Positions 48,048-58,180 are shown, counted from the first letter of the stretch. The stretch is 64,000 nt of DNA from Candidatus Woesearchaeota archaeon (GCA_018696595.1 JABHQW010000008.1:32001-96000); one strand, 5' to 3'. Program-made: numbers and translations. Notes: generated by a model not told the origin, from the letters alone.

Positions 48048-49103
48048 ATGAAAATCTTATTAGTCCATGAATTATTTATGCCCGACCAAGTTGGAGGGGG
48101 CGAAGTTTTAGTTTATGAATTAGCAAAAGGACTAATTAAGAAAGGTCACGAAGTCAAAGTCTTTACAACTGGAAAGCCAGAAATTAAACAGTATGAGAAT
48201 ATCCCAACAGTTAGAATAAATATCAACAGATATTTGTTTAATTTTTCATTTCTAAAAATAAAGAAATTAGCTAAAGATTATGATATCATTCAATCTTTTA
48301 GTTATAATGCTGCCTTCCCATCATATTTAGCTAGCAAACTTGGAAAAAAGCCAGTTATTTGTACCATCTTGGGAGTATACGGAAAAACTTGGAAGAAATT
48401 AAGAAAATTAAGTTTCTTTTGGAGAATGATGGAAAAAGTACAACTTAACAGAAAATTTAATGCCACTGTTTTCTTAAGCCCTCTCTCTCGTGAAATTGGT
48501 CATGAGATTGGGATGAAGATGGCCCCAAATTTTATAATTCCTTCAGGAGTTAATTTATCTAACACCCATCCCAATCTAAAAAAGGAGAAGTTTGTTCTTT
48601 TTGTAGGGAGGCTTTCAAAACAAAAAGGATTAGATTTACTTATTGATACAGCAGTTTTACTTCCAGAAATTAAGTTTGTTTTAGTAGGTGAAGGACCAGA
48701 AAAACAAAAGTTGCAACAAAAAGCAACGAAAAATGTTAGTTTTCTTCCTCCACAATACGGAGACAAATTGTTCAATCTATTTGGAAAAGCTCAGATTTTT
48801 TGTTTACCTTCTTACGCAGAAGGATTTCCAGTTGTTATAGTAGAAGCCATGGCCTCCGGTTGTGCCATTGTTTCAACTTTAGATTATCCTTATCATGGCC
48901 AGTACGTACCAAATAGGTGTCCGAACGAACTAGCCACTACAATTGAGAAATTGTATAATAATGAAAAATTATTACAGAAATATTCCAATAGCAATATTAA
49001 AGATTCTCGAGATTATACTTGGAATAACTTCGTTAATAAAACGGAACAAGTTTATCATTGGGTTCTAAATCAGAAAACATCAGAAAAAGAGATTGAAGAT
49101 TAA
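48048..49103 (+). CDS. GT4 glycosyltransferase
   Basis: VGGGE, FVGRLSKQKG, LPSYAEGFPVVIVEAMASG. Confidence 0.9.
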   Translation: MKILLVHELFMPDQVGGGEVLVYELAKGLIKKGHEVKVFTTGKPEIKQYENIPTVRININRYLFNFSFLKIKKLAKDYDIIQSFSYNAAFPSYLASKLGKKPVICTILGVYGKTWKKLRKLSFFWRMMEKVQLNRKFNATVFLSPLSREIGHEIGMKMAPNFIIPSGVNLSNTHPNLKKEKFVLFVGRLSKQKGLDLLIDTAVLLPEIKFVLVGEGPEKQKLQQKATKNVSFLPPQYGDKLFNLFGKAQIFCLPSYAEGFPVVIVEAMASGCAIVSTLDYPYHGQYVPNRCPNELATTIEKLYNNEKLLQKYSNSNIKDSRDYTWNNFVNKTEQVYHWVLNQKTSEKEIED

Positions 49104-49186
49104 TGCACAAGAATTATAAATGAATTATAACCATTAACTACCTATTAATTTAAAAAAATTAACGAGAATGGATTAATTAATTGAAA

Positions 49187-50308
49187 ATGATAAACCCAGC
49201 ACAATTTTACGAACTTTTACAAACTAAAGAACTAACTATGTTTACCGGGGTGCCTGATTCTACCTTAAAACAATTATGTGCTTACATCACAGATCATGTG
49301 CCTCCAGAAAGAAATATTATAACTGCAAATGAAGGTAATGCAATTGGTTTAGCAAGTGGGTATTACTTAAGCACAAACAACCCTGCCATCGTTTACATGC
49401 AAAATTCGGGATTGGGAAATTGTGTTAATCCCTTAACTTCTTTAACTGATGAAGATGTTTATTCTATTCCAATGTTATTGATTATCGGCTGGAGAGGCGA
49501 ACCAGGAAAAAAAGATGAACCGCAACATGTAAGAATGGGACAAATAACTCTGGAGATGTTGGATGTTCTAAAAATACCTTATTCTATTATTCCTGATACA
49601 ATTGAAGAAACAGAAATAGAGGTTAGTAAAGCTGTTGTTCATATGAACAATCATAAAACACCTTATGCTCTTGTTGTAAGAAAAGGAACTTTCACGGAAC
49701 ATAAATTACAAAATACAAAAACAACAAATTATCCCCTTAATCGCGAACAAGCAATAAGGACCCTTGTTCCGTTATTAGAAGAAGATGCTATTATAGTTTC
49801 AACCACTGGAAAAACATCAAGAGAATTATTTGAATTTAGAGAAGAACTTCAACAAGGACACGAAAGAGATTTCTTAACTGTTGGTTCAATGGGCCATTCA
49901 TCTTCAATTACTTTAGGAGTCGCCTTACAAAAACCAAAAAAGAAAGTATACTGTTTTGATGGTGATGGTGCGCTAATAATGCACATGGGTGCCTTATCAA
50001 CAATTGGCCAGTTACAACCAAAGAATCTGTGTCATATTGTATTGAATAATTTTGCACATGATTCGGTCGGGGGACAACCAACTGCTGCAGACAATATTGA
50101 TATTCCGCAAGTTGCTCAAGCTAACGGATATAAGAAAGTGTTCTCGGCTCAAAGCGAAGAAGAGATTAGAGCTAAAATAAAAGAAATCCAACAACTAGAA
50201 GGGCCAACATTATTAGAAATTAAAGTAAACAAAGGGGCAAGAAAAGAATTAGGAAGACCCACTACAACACCAAAAGAGAACAAATCTGAATTGATGAAGT
50301 ATTTATAA
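49187..50308 (+). CDS. aepY: Phosphonopyruvate decarboxylase
   Basis: FTGVPDS, ANEGNAIGLASG, YMQNSGLGN, GWRGEPG..DEPQH, TVGSMGH, DGDGALIMHMG, NNFAHDSVGGQPT. Confidence 0.96.
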   Translation: MINPAQFYELLQTKELTMFTGVPDSTLKQLCAYITDHVPPERNIITANEGNAIGLASGYYLSTNNPAIVYMQNSGLGNCVNPLTSLTDEDVYSIPMLLIIGWRGEPGKKDEPQHVRMGQITLEMLDVLKIPYSIIPDTIEETEIEVSKAVVHMNNHKTPYALVVRKGTFTEHKLQNTKTTNYPLNREQAIRTLVPLLEEDAIIVSTTGKTSRELFEFREELQQGHERDFLTVGSMGHSSSITLGVALQKPKKKVYCFDGDGALIMHMGALSTIGQLQPKNLCHIVLNNFAHDSVGGQPTAADNIDIPQVAQANGYKKVFSAQSEEEIRAKIKEIQQLEGPTLLEIKVNKGARKELGRPTTTPKENKSELMKYL

Positions 50309-50390
50309 CTCATTCTCCTCGAAGGAAAATTTATTAAAATTTCTAACTAACTATACTCATAATTAAAAAGATTCAAAAAAGACTCTTTAC

Positions 50391-51431
50391 TTAATTATCT
50401 TCCCAATCCTTTTTTGGAATTCTCCAGTCTTTTCCATAAACAAATTCGAGATGTTTTTCAGGATTAAAAGGGGCATGATACTCTTTCCCATAAAAATCTA
50501 TTTTTCCTAATTGACTATAATGTTCTCTTAAAAACTTCCACTCAATGATTCTACAATCTTTTAGTGAAACTTTTTCCCATAATAATTGAATTAATTTCCC
50601 TTTATAAGGAATAAAAGTAAATATAAATATCACTACATTAAAAAAACCTTTTAAAAACCAAGAAGGGATTCTTGAATCTTGTAGCTCTCCACCATGCCTT
50701 CTTATTAAAGTAATAAATGTATTTATTATCATCCTTCGCTTTTTTATGCCATCTCTAGCTGCCAACAACAACCAACCCAATAACGCAGTAATTTTTGTTT
50801 TTTTCTTTAAACTTTTTGTTTGAAAAAAAACTAAATAGTCCTTTTTTTTCCTAAGAATATGAATATTAATATGTAATGAACCTTTCTTTCTAAATGTAAT
50901 CATTCCACGATCAGCAAACCAACATACTTCAAACCCCTGATCTGATAGCTTATTAAGAGCATCTAGTAATGTATTTATATTAATTTCTTCCCTCACCATA
51001 CTAGTATCAATATCACAATCCCAAGATAATATTTTCTTATCCCTAACTGCTCCAAGAAGGGTACCACAATCTAATCTCCAAATTAAGTTATGTTCTTCAA
51101 ATACCTCTTTTATTTCTTCTAACGCTTTCACTGTTCCTTTTTCATGTGGGTTTTTTTCTTTTGAAGAAATTGTGGGCGTGTTCTTTCTAGAAATAACTTT
51201 TTCATTTAACTCCATTTGTATTTTTTGATTAATACTTTTATCTTTTATATTTCCAATTTTAGTTAAGTGTTTCCTAAAAGGACCGAGATTTGTCCTAAAT
51301 ATTCTACAATTTAACCAAAGGTATCCTTTCTCTTTTGTAATAGTATACACATTTTCTCTGAAAGGGTCTAATGGTGGTGTAAACCGAGTTGTTTTTACTA
51401 TATCGCCAACTTTAAAAATTGTTTTTGTCAT
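50391..51431 (-). CDS. LicD-family phosphotransferase with N-terminal extension
   Basis: LDCGTLLGAVRDKKILSWDCDID; C-term HLEFVYGKDWRIP; start moved to ATG 51431. Confidence 0.85.
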   Translation of the reverse strand: MTKTIFKVGDIVKTTRFTPPLDPFRENVYTITKEKGYLWLNCRIFRTNLGPFRKHLTKIGNIKDKSINQKIQMELNEKVISRKNTPTISSKEKNPHEKGTVKALEEIKEVFEEHNLIWRLDCGTLLGAVRDKKILSWDCDIDTSMVREEININTLLDALNKLSDQGFEVCWFADRGMITFRKKGSLHINIHILRKKKDYLVFFQTKSLKKKTKITALLGWLLLAARDGIKKRRMIINTFITLIRRHGGELQDSRIPSWFLKGFFNVVIFIFTFIPYKGKLIQLLWEKVSLKDCRIIEWKFLREHYSQLGKIDFYGKEYHAPFNPEKHLEFVYGKDWRIPKKDWEDN

Positions 51432-51502
51432 TTTCTTTATTATTCTCCACATAGTTAATCAATAAAATCAAAGATTATAATTACTAAGTAATTATAATTA
51501 AA

Positions 51503-53032
51503 TTATGTTTGTTTTATCCCCACAAAACCTATTCTTTCACCATACATCGCTTTTGCCCGAATTGGATCTCTTTTAAGTAACAAATGATTAAGATCAAAGT
51601 TTTGTTTTTCTACCCAACATTCAAACTCTCCTGCACTTTTAAAACCGTCAACAGTTATATGGGAGTTTCTGAAAGTACCACTTTTTTTTACTTCTCCATC
51701 CCACCATAAATTTTCTTTTGTAACTTGTCGATAAAGCTCTGTTCCAGGAAGGGGATTCACAATGGCAACAGAATAACTATCTGCCCCACAACTAGCAGCA
51801 AACTTAATTGTTTCTTCCCTTTCTTCTCTTGTTTCGCCTGGAAAACCAACCATCCAAAAAGTATGAGTATACAACCCGGCATCAATAGCAGTTCTAATTG
51901 TTTGAGGAATAAGTTCTAAATCCAACCTTTTATTGGCCTGATCTAAAGTTTTTTGCACACCACTTTCACATGCTAAAGTGACTTGATAGCAACCCGAATC
52001 TGCCATTTTTTCAAATAATTCCTGATGCTTACCCTGGTGATAATCTACTCTGATTCCATTCGGCGGGCACCAAGGAATATTCAAGGGTTTCATTAGATCA
52101 CATAATTCATTTAATTTTGAAAGGTCAGATGTTAGAGTATCGTCTTCAAACTGAACTTCTTGAATACCATGATTTTCAATAGCGTCTTTTATTTCTGCAA
52201 CAATTTCTTGAGGGCTTCTCCACCTAACTTTTCTTCCCCAAGTAACGGGAGTAGTACAATAAGTACAACGTTCCGGACATCCCCTAGAAGCCATAACATT
52301 CAATACCCTTTTTCTTTCAGTATCTGCATTATGAAATAAACCAACATTAAAGTACCCTTCCATATTCATAAGATGCCTAGCGGGAGAAGGTAAATCTTGG
52401 AGATTAAGTGTTTCTCCAGATAAAGGATTAATTACTATTTTACCTGCTTCGGATGAAGAATTTTCTCTATGAACTAAACCGGGAATCAAACTATAATCAC
52501 CACCAGTTAATAAACAATCAATTAAATGTGCAAATCTCAGTTCACTTTCTCCAACCATTGCAAAATCAATATTTTGATTATCCATGAAAGCCAATTCTTT
52601 TTCTAGATTTGATTCTTGGTTTCTAGGATCATTGGCATAAAGATAATCTGACACACTATTAGTGATATAGTTTCCACCTACAATAACTGGGAGATCTCTT
52701 TTAACCTCTTTTGTAATCCGAGCTAAGGCATGAGAGCCTTGAACAAGATTAGAAAAGAGTACAGAAATCCCAACAATGTCTGGATTAATTTCTGAGATAT
52801 ATTTAGCAATATCAGTATCTGATTCTCCCACAATAACTATTCCCTTCTCCCCGGAGGATTCAGAATGGTGATAGCCTTCTAATGCAGTATCACGAACATA
52901 AACGTCGTGGCCTTCTTTTTCAAGAACTGCCGCCAAATAACCCAAACCCAAAGGAGGTTGTATTCGGTTAACCCCTCCTTCAATGCCCCTGATATTTGGA
53001 GAGAATAACAAAATCCTACTTTTATTTACCAT
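51503..53032 (-). CDS. Cobalamin-binding radical SAM enzyme (class B methyltransferase-like)
   Basis: QPPLGLGYLAAVL, VGIS, GESE, ASRGCPERCTYC (CxxxCxxC), FEDD, GFPGET, PLPGTELY. Confidence 0.9.
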   Translation of the reverse strand: MVNKSRILLFSPNIRGIEGGVNRIQPPLGLGYLAAVLEKEGHDVYVRDTALEGYHHSESSGEKGIVIVGESDTDIAKYISEINPDIVGISVLFSNLVQGSHALARITKEVKRDLPVIVGGNYITNSVSDYLYANDPRNQESNLEKELAFMDNQNIDFAMVGESELRFAHLIDCLLTGGDYSLIPGLVHRENSSSEAGKIVINPLSGETLNLQDLPSPARHLMNMEGYFNVGLFHNADTERKRVLNVMASRGCPERCTYCTTPVTWGRKVRWRSPQEIVAEIKDAIENHGIQEVQFEDDTLTSDLSKLNELCDLMKPLNIPWCPPNGIRVDYHQGKHQELFEKMADSGCYQVTLACESGVQKTLDQANKRLDLELIPQTIRTAIDAGLYTHTFWMVGFPGETREEREETIKFAASCGADSYSVAIVNPLPGTELYRQVTKENLWWDGEVKKSGTFRNSHITVDGFKSAGEFECWVEKQNFDLNHLLLKRDPIRAKAMYGERIGFVGIKQT

Positions 53033-53197
53033 AAGTAATCTTCCTCTAAATCAATATCTAATAATTGTATTTTTTCGCATCAAGGGTCTTTTATAAAAGT
53101 TATGAATATGTAATGCAGTCAAAATCCTTTTATAAAGAACCCTAATGAATTAAATGTGGCCAAATCCACATTAGAATTATAAAAATGAATCGAAGAA

Positions 53198-53213
53198 CCA
53201 TAGAATATATAAA
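53198..53213 (+). promoter_or_regulatory. BRE/TATA of four-domain gene operon
   Basis: CCATAGAATATATAAA, 24 nt before the ATG. Confidence 0.6.
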
Positions 53214-53237
53214 TACTTTAATTTATTTAGTTGTTAA

Positions 53238-56200
53238 ATGTCATTAGCAAAACAGAGGGAATATTTTGGAATTGGAAAAATAGATAAGTTAAAAGAAATA
53301 TTAGCATTAGAACGAGCAAAAAAAGTATTTTTAGTAACCACAAAAAGATCATTCTCATCTTCTAGTGCTAAAGAAAGAATTGCCCCCCAATTAAAAGATT
53401 ACCAGGTCACTATTTTTAACGAATTCTCCCAAAACCCAAAACTAGAAGATATTAAAAGAGGAATAAAGATATTTAAAGAAAGTAATTCCGATTTAATTAT
53501 TGCTATTGGTGGAGGGAGTGTAATTGATATGGCAAAATCAATTAATGTCTTATCTGCCCAAACTTTAGCACCTGAAATATACATCATTGAAAAAGTTCCG
53601 TTTGAAAAGAAAGGTTGCCCATTAGTTGCAATACCAACCACATCAGGAACAGGAAGTGAAGCGACACATTTCGCGGTTTTGTATATTAACAAATCCAAAT
53701 ATTCGTTAGCTCACGAAGAATATATTCTTCCAAATTATGCCATTATCGATCCCGAATTGACATTTAGTTTACCTAAAGCCATTACTGCTACAACTGGTAT
53801 TGATGTTTTAAGCCAAAGCATAGAATCATATTGGTCGGTAAACTCAACTGAAGAAGCAAAGGCTTACGCCCAAGAAGCAATAAAGTTAGTTTTAAAAGAT
53901 CTAAAAACTGCGGTTAATTACCCTTGCAAAGAAGCCAGAGTAGCAATGGCCAAAGCGGCCAATTTATCTGGAAAAGCAATTAACATTGCAAAATCCACGG
54001 CCCCACACGCGATATCATACCCTTTTACTTCATACTTTAATATTCCTCACGGCCATGCAACAGGATTAACCCTTGGCCCAATACTAGTTTTTAATGCCAA
54101 TATTAATGAAACTAATTGTACAGACCCAAGAGGGGCAGAATATGTTAGATTAACTATTAATAAAATAATTTCTTTTTTTGGGTCTACTTGTGCCGCTGAT
54201 ACTTGTAAAAAAATTCAATATTTAATGCGAGATATTGGACTTGAAACAAACATTAAAAGATTAGGGATTGATTCTGAAGAAAAAGTAAATTTAATAATTG
54301 AAAAAGGGTTCAACCCCGATCGAATTAAAAATAACCCCAAAAGAATAGAGCCAGAACAGTTAAGAAAAATTTTAAATGAAATTAGCCAAGAAACAGAAAT
54401 TAAACCAGAAAAAATGGAAACAGTTTATATTGGCATGGTTGCTGATAGCATCCACCACGGCCACATAAATATTATCAGTGAAGCAAGAAAATTGGGAGAT
54501 GTAATTGTGGGATTAGTTACTGATGATGCGGCCCAAAGCTATAAAAGAAGACCAATCTTAAGCTTTAGTGATAGAGCAAGAATTATTAAAAATATCAAAG
54601 GAGTAACAAAAATTGTTCCCCAAAACACATTGGATTATGTCCCAAATATAGAGAAATATAAACCATCAATAATCATGCATGGGGATGATTGGAAAAAAGG
54701 ATCCCAAAGAATTATTAGAGAAAGAGCATTAAATGCAGTTGAAAAGTATGGGGGGAGAATTATAGACCTCCCTTATACTAAAGGCATTTCAACTACAGAA
54801 TTTATAGAAAAAGTTAAATCTTGTTCATTAAATAAAAAAAACACAACCCAAGCAATAATTCTGGCAGCAGGGATGGGTACAAGATTAAGACCACTTACTG
54901 AAGAGACACCAAAATGTTTAATTAAAGTGAACAATAAAACACTATTAGAATATTCACTTGATTGTCTTAAAGAAAATGGAATCCAAGAGGTAATTATTGT
55001 TATTGGTTATCGCGGAGAATTAATTAAACAAAAAATAGGTAATGATTATCACGGCTTAAAAGTAGCATACATTGAAAATTTACGTTTTTCCGAGACTGGA
55101 AGTATGTATTCTTTGTCACTTGCTAAAAAAGAGATTAAAAATGACATCCTGGTTTTAGAATCTGATCTGTTATATGAATCGTCTGCTATTAATACAATAT
55201 TAAATTCAAATCATAGAAATACTATGGTCATCTCTAAATTACTTCATTCTGGAGATGATGTTTACATTTGTACAAATGAAAAAGAAGAAATTATTAATCT
55301 TGGGAAAGAAATATCAGAAGAAGAGAAAAAAAGAGCTAAAGGAGCAATGATCGGAATTTCAAAATATTCTGGTGAATTTCTTGCAGAACTTTTTAAGAAA
55401 GCAGAAGAAGATTATGAAAAGGGGGAAGTCAATTACCATTATGAAGAGTGTGTATTTGCCACCAGTCATGAGAATAACCCGGTTAAAGCTATCTTTTGTC
55501 CTGAACTTCATTGGATTGAAATTGACAATGAAAATGATTTAAAGAAAGCAACAGAAGTAACATACCCCAAGATCAGAAATTTAGAGAATAATAAGCAAAA
55601 AAGTTCAAGTATAAAAAGAAATATCCTTTTAAATCCTGGACCAGCTACTACTACTGACACCGTAAAATATGCACAAATTGTTCCCGACATTTGTCCAAGA
55701 GAAAAAGAATTTGGGGATGTAATGAAATACATTAATAATAATTTAATTGAAATTGCTGGGGGAAATACGGAGGAAGATGTCTGCGTATTATTTGGTGGCT
55801 CTGGAACGGCGGCCATGGATGCTACAATTAATTCTGTTGTACCACCTGATAAAAAAATCTTAGTGATTAATAATGGAGCATATGGGGAAAGAATTGCTAA
55901 GATTGCTCGAGCGTATAGTCTTGGTTGTATTGAACTAAAGTTTGAATGGGATGCTCTACCAGATCTAAAAATAATTGAGGACCAACTAAACGAAAACCCT
56001 GAAATTTCTTGCGTTGCTATGATTCATCATGAAACAACAACGGGACTATTAAATCAGGTTAAAGAAATTGGAGAATTAGTTAAAAATCACAATAAAGTGT
56101 TCATAGTTGACACAATATCTAGTTTCGCAGGGATCCCAATGAATATTAAAGAATTTAATATTGATTTTATGATGTCTACTTCAAACAAGTGTATTCAAGG

Positions 56201-56732
56201 AATGGCAGGGGTTAGTTTTGTTATTTGTAGTAAGAAACAACTTGAAAGAATTAAAGAATACCCACGCCGATCTTTTTATTTAAGCTTATATGACCAATAC
56301 GAATATTTCATTAAAAATTACCAGATGAGGTTTACCCCCCCAGTACAAACATTATATGCTCTTAAAAAAGCAATTGCAGAATTTTTAGAGGAAGGATATG
56401 AAAACCGAGTTGCAAGATATACTCAGAGTTGGAAAGTTCTAAGAGCAGGAGTTCAAGAATTAGGATTTAAGATATTAACTCAACCTGAAAATGAGTCCAA
56501 CCTTTTAATTACTTTACTTAATCCAGAACACCCTAATTTTAATTTTAATATTCTTCATGACAAATTATTTGAAAAAGGATTTACTATTTATCCTGGAAAA
56601 GTGGGAAAAGTTAATTCATTTCGGTTATCTAATATGGGTGCCATTGATGAAAAGGATATTAGCGAATTCTTAGTAACATTTGAAGGTGTATTAAATGAAA
56701 TGGGAACAATTGGACAGCAAAAACCAACATAA
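53238..56732 (+). CDS. Four-domain fusion: Fe-ADH (phosphonoacetaldehyde-reductase-like) + HxGH cytidylyltransferase + LicC/PntC-like NTP transferase + 2-AEP aminotransferase
   Basis: GGGSVIDMAK, PTTSGTGSEAT, HAISYP..IPHGHA | ADSIHHGH, HGDDWK, PYTKGISTT | AIILAAGMGTRLRPLT, EIDNENDL | LLNPGPAT, CPREKEF, GSGTAAM, VDTISS, STSNKCIQG, RFTPP. Confidence 0.93.
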   Translation: MSLAKQREYFGIGKIDKLKEILALERAKKVFLVTTKRSFSSSSAKERIAPQLKDYQVTIFNEFSQNPKLEDIKRGIKIFKESNSDLIIAIGGGSVIDMAKSINVLSAQTLAPEIYIIEKVPFEKKGCPLVAIPTTSGTGSEATHFAVLYINKSKYSLAHEEYILPNYAIIDPELTFSLPKAITATTGIDVLSQSIESYWSVNSTEEAKAYAQEAIKLVLKDLKTAVNYPCKEARVAMAKAANLSGKAINIAKSTAPHAISYPFTSYFNIPHGHATGLTLGPILVFNANINETNCTDPRGAEYVRLTINKIISFFGSTCAADTCKKIQYLMRDIGLETNIKRLGIDSEEKVNLIIEKGFNPDRIKNNPKRIEPEQLRKILNEISQETEIKPEKMETVYIGMVADSIHHGHINIISEARKLGDVIVGLVTDDAAQSYKRRPILSFSDRARIIKNIKGVTKIVPQNTLDYVPNIEKYKPSIIMHGDDWKKGSQRIIRERALNAVEKYGGRIIDLPYTKGISTTEFIEKVKSCSLNKKNTTQAIILAAGMGTRLRPLTEETPKCLIKVNNKTLLEYSLDCLKENGIQEVIIVIGYRGELIKQKIGNDYHGLKVAYIENLRFSETGSMYSLSLAKKEIKNDILVLESDLLYESSAINTILNSNHRNTMVISKLLHSGDDVYICTNEKEEIINLGKEISEEEKKRAKGAMIGISKYSGEFLAELFKKAEEDYEKGEVNYHYEECVFATSHENNPVKAIFCPELHWIEIDNENDLKKATEVTYPKIRNLENNKQKSSSIKRNILLNPGPATTTDTVKYAQIVPDICPREKEFGDVMKYINNNLIEIAGGNTEEDVCVLFGGSGTAAMDATINSVVPPDKKILVINNGAYGERIAKIARAYSLGCIELKFEWDALPDLKIIEDQLNENPEISCVAMIHHETTTGLLNQVKEIGELVKNHNKVFIVDTISSFAGIPMNIKEFNIDFMMSTSNKCIQGMAGVSFVICSKKQLERIKEYPRRSFYLSLYDQYEYFIKNYQMRFTPPVQTLYALKKAIAEFLEEGYENRVARYTQSWKVLRAGVQELGFKILTQPENESNLLITLLNPEHPNFNFNILHDKLFEKGFTIYPGKVGKVNSFRLSNMGAIDEKDISEFLVTFEGVLNEMGTIGQQKPT

Positions 56733-56756
56733 TCAGAACTTAAAAAATTTATAAAA

Positions 56757-57503
56757 ATGATTACTAGAAATCAACAGAAAGAAAAATATGAAACTGATTT
56801 AAGATACCATTCAGATTCGGACAACTTAAATCAAACGTTTGATAACCGCTATTCATTACGTAATAATTGGGGATTATATTTTGAATTAATAAAATTTAAA
56901 GAGATGGTTAAGCTCTTAAATAAAAGTAAAGTTAGGTTAAAGAATAAAAAAATCTTAGATTTAGGTTGTCACCGTGGCTTTACTTCTAACCTTTTAGCAC
57001 AATTAAAAGGATCTTCTGAAAACATTTATGGGGCAGATTTTATCAATTCTTTTGTTGAGCAAGCCCAAGAAATTAATCCTGGTGTTAAATTCTTTCAACA
57101 TGATGTTTATAATGAGCTACCTTTTGAGAACTCTTATTTTGATTTAGTTACATTAATTTACTTGTTTAATGCCCTTCCCTCCCAAGACCAACAAGAAGTT
57201 GTTAAGAATATTTCCAAAAAAATAAAAGTAGGAGGTCATATCTTATTCTTTGACTTGTTTGAATCCAGAATGTCACGAGTAACACAAAGATTAGCTCACC
57301 TTAACAAGAGATATACTCCTTTGCCACATTTTAATGATAAAATTATTAAAAAATTGTTCCCGGACTTTAAGATAATCCAATCTAAAAAAATAATTAATTT
57401 GTTAACTTATCGAACAATTGGGTTTTCGTATGGTTTAGCAGAATTTTTAGATAAAATGTTACCATGCGAGTATTATATCACATTATTAAGAAAAATAAAA
57501 TAA
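56757..57503 (+). CDS. Class I SAM-dependent methyltransferase
   Basis: ILDLGCHRG, GADF, LPFENSYFDLV, GGHILFFD. Confidence 0.85.
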   Translation: MITRNQQKEKYETDLRYHSDSDNLNQTFDNRYSLRNNWGLYFELIKFKEMVKLLNKSKVRLKNKKILDLGCHRGFTSNLLAQLKGSSENIYGADFINSFVEQAQEINPGVKFFQHDVYNELPFENSYFDLVTLIYLFNALPSQDQQEVVKNISKKIKVGGHILFFDLFESRMSRVTQRLAHLNKRYTPLPHFNDKIIKKLFPDFKIIQSKKIINLLTYRTIGFSYGLAEFLDKMLPCEYYITLLRKIK

Positions 57504-57504
57504 A

Positions 57505-58155
57505 ATGGGCGAAAAAAGAATAAAAGAAAATGTGGAATTTTGGGATTGGGTATTCAGATTTGTATCTAAACCAGTCACACACTTTTTTGTTAAGTTCACT
57601 AAGATAACCCCTAACCAAATCACCATATTAAGTTTTATTTTAGGCTTATTAGCCGCGGGACTAATTTTAATGGGAGATTATAATTACTTAGTTGTTGCAG
57701 GCGTCTTAGTATTAATTTTCATGGTCTTAGATAATGTTGACGGGGAGATTGCTAGAATAACTAAGAAAACAAGTAAGTTAGGCCATTGGTTAGATGGAGT
57801 TGTGGGTTTTATTATAAATGAAGCATTAATTTTAGCCATGGCATTAAGTATTGGTAGCCCATTATCTCTATCCGTTGGATTATTAACAATGATTGCTTTT
57901 CCAATGCAATATTTATTAATATTCTTTTACAAAGCAGAGATTGTTAAAGAGAATGCCCCAATTACAATTGGATCTGGAAGCCTAATCAATAAAATAAAGT
58001 ATTTATATGGTTCAACCTTCTTTCAATTTACAGTTGCGATAGGTTGCTTTTTCAATAAGCTACTATGGGTTTTAATCTTCTTTGCAGTCATCGGAAACTT
58101 ATTCTGGATGGGGACATTGTTTGTCCAATATATCAACTTAAAACGAAAGTTTTAA
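57505..58155 (+). CDS. CDP-alcohol phosphotransferase family membrane protein
   Basis: ITPNQITILS, DNVDGEIAR-x8-G-x3-D-x3-G. Confidence 0.85.
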   Translation: MGEKRIKENVEFWDWVFRFVSKPVTHFFVKFTKITPNQITILSFILGLLAAGLILMGDYNYLVVAGVLVLIFMVLDNVDGEIARITKKTSKLGHWLDGVVGFIINEALILAMALSIGSPLSLSVGLLTMIAFPMQYLLIFFYKAEIVKENAPITIGSGSLINKIKYLYGSTFFQFTVAIGCFFNKLLWVLIFFAVIGNLFWMGTLFVQYINLKRKF

Positions 58156-58180
58156 AGAAGGCGGTTGTTCTGACTATAGA

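Noticed and set aside
53083-53143. 17-nt imperfect inverted repeat as IS/MITE ends
   Set aside because: Both arms are TATA-like, only 27 nt apart, with no target duplication or transposase; better explained as back-to-back promoter elements.
46227-56732. Fosfomycin or other phosphonate antibiotic cluster
   Set aside because: No Fom4 epoxidase, FomD, FomA/B resistance kinases or exporter seen; the context is glycosyltransferases and LicD, which fits a surface polymer.
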